Shown: one piece after another, positions 62,481 through 64,000 of the stretch
Layout of the letters: each line of letters begins with the position of its first letter
Numbering within the stretch: the stretch's first letter is position 1
Source: Podarcis cretensis
Taxonomy: Eukaryota
DNA length: 64,000 nucleotides
Reading direction: 5' to 3'
NCBI GenBank assembly: GCA_951804945.1
Contig: OX638149.1
Span: 109,554,001-109,618,000 of the forward strand
Program-made: the position numbers and the translations under genes
Notes under the pieces: generated by a model
Told to the model about the DNA's origin: nothing
The model's database searches: none
The model's input: the letters and a program-made list of their open reading frames with translations, nothing else

Positions 62481-64000
62481 CGTTGAGCTCAAAGCGGCTC
62501 ACAATAGCATTAAAAAACAAACATTGCAACCACTGTAATATCAAAAACAGCATAAAGCAAACAACAACAAATTCATCAAAACAATTAATACAATTTAACA
62601 AAGTTATAGTAATGCGTCACTGAGGAAGTTATAGGAACAAATAGGCTGGCAACGGTTTTGTGCATAGGTGCAATTTCATCCCTGTATATTCACAAAATTA
62701 TTTTCCCACCTCCAAGCATGAACAAAACAGAAACAAGCCAGATCCTGTGTTAGCCAGAAAATCCATCTGTGGTCTAATCCTGTGACAAAACAACCTAGCA
62801 ACAATCCCAGCACAACCAATACTATAGGCTGGGTTTGCCAAAGAAGCAGATGCATCTTATAATAGATATCCTTGGCACACAATTTTTGCTTCATAATGGC
62901 CGTTTTAAGAGGAAAGAGAAGAATAACAGGATGTACATGTAGTTTGAGGAGGCCAGTCATTCATAGAAAATGTACTAAAAAAAAAGTACACTAATGCAGG
63001 ACTATTTGTAGTTGTCATACAGCTTTCCCACTAATGACTTGTACAGTGTGGCTCATGCTATGTGAATTCTTTCAGAGACAATTCCAACACAAACTTCACA
63101 GATAAGATACTCTGAATCAATCATGTTTGTTTGTACTGAACATGGAACCTTTGCCTCTTCCTGATGGGCACAGAAAAGGCTATTATGCTTTTGCCATTTT
63201 TCTGAAAGAAAATCTGTTCCAGTTACTCAGAACTATCAGGGAATGGTAAATATTTGTGCTGAATTTCACATTAGGCAGCTGTAACAAGATTTTAACTTTA
63301 GCAAAACTGTCATCGGTTCTACAGCAGAGTGCCTGAACCAAATTTTTGTCAATTTCAACATGTCTTCCTGATGCACACTAAATGCTAAAATACTTTTTTC
63401 CAACTTCCATTCTCTTAAGAGATGGTGGAGCATTATATTTTGTTCCATTTACATTTAAATCTTGGATCCAGAGTCAAACACAAAGAACATGAAATATTGT
63501 AGAGAACATGTCATAGAGATGTCTCCAACACTTTCTGGCAGATGTATCTTAAATAAAGGCTTTAATAGTTATGTTAGTCATGTATTACAAAAAAATTATC
63601 CATCATTTCACTGGCAGTGTACTGTTTTTCTGGGAAAGCTGGTTGCTCAAAAGGGTTTGCATAGCTTGGAATTTTTGCTCTACTTACAAATACTGTACTA
63701 TAAATTTCTTGAATGAAATCGTGTAGCTTCTAAAATGTGATATGACTGGATGTGGTACTATTATTTTTAGGTCTGACTTTTATTTTGTTTTTGGGTGCTA
63801 ACTAAAAATTCCAATTTTTTTAAACTCTCTGTCAGGAAACTGCCATCGGAGCCAAGGGTGGTGGTGAGGCTCCAAAAGGATGCTGGAGAGGGAACCAGCA
63901 AGGAGAGAGAGGAAGCCTCAGCTGGGGAAGGAAATAGACGTTACGCCAGGGAGAAAGGGAAGTCTGAGGGAACTTCGGAGAGAAGGCTCCAGGACTCTTC

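Overview
Vertebrate genomic DNA. The repeat content (Sauria/Squam SINEs, BovB, lizard-type MITEs) points to a squamate reptile, probably a lacertid lizard; this is inferred. The window holds most of one protein-coding gene, RBMS1 (MSSP/Scr2, a two-RRM single-stranded nucleic-acid-binding protein), on the minus strand. Coding exons 2-13 run from 54584 down to the TAA stop at 8075-8073. All have GT-AG junctions with compatible phases and join into 1140 nt (379 aa plus stop). A non-coding terminal exon of about 2.7 kb (6563 to ~3880) ends at AATAAA followed by a GU-rich element. Exon 1 and the promoter lie beyond position 64000. The introns and 3' flank carry BovB, CR1 and L2 LINE fragments, tRNA-derived SINEs, Tc1/mariner(Tigger)-type and hAT-type MITEs, a probable solo LTR and microsatellites. 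The only two N-gaps both fall in the 3'UTR. I see no prokaryote-style system (no operon, CRISPR array or phage) and cannot support a wholly new biological system. The best leads are in RBMS1 splicing: a 45-nt exon 10 lacking the usual 'VQ', a candidate in-frame 24-nt microexon in the RRM1-RRM2 linker, and an RBFOX-motif cluster with an open alternative C-terminus if exon 13 is skipped. A young hAT MITE carrying a telomere-motif minisatellite is also notable. Comparisons with human RBMS1 are from memory and were not computed.
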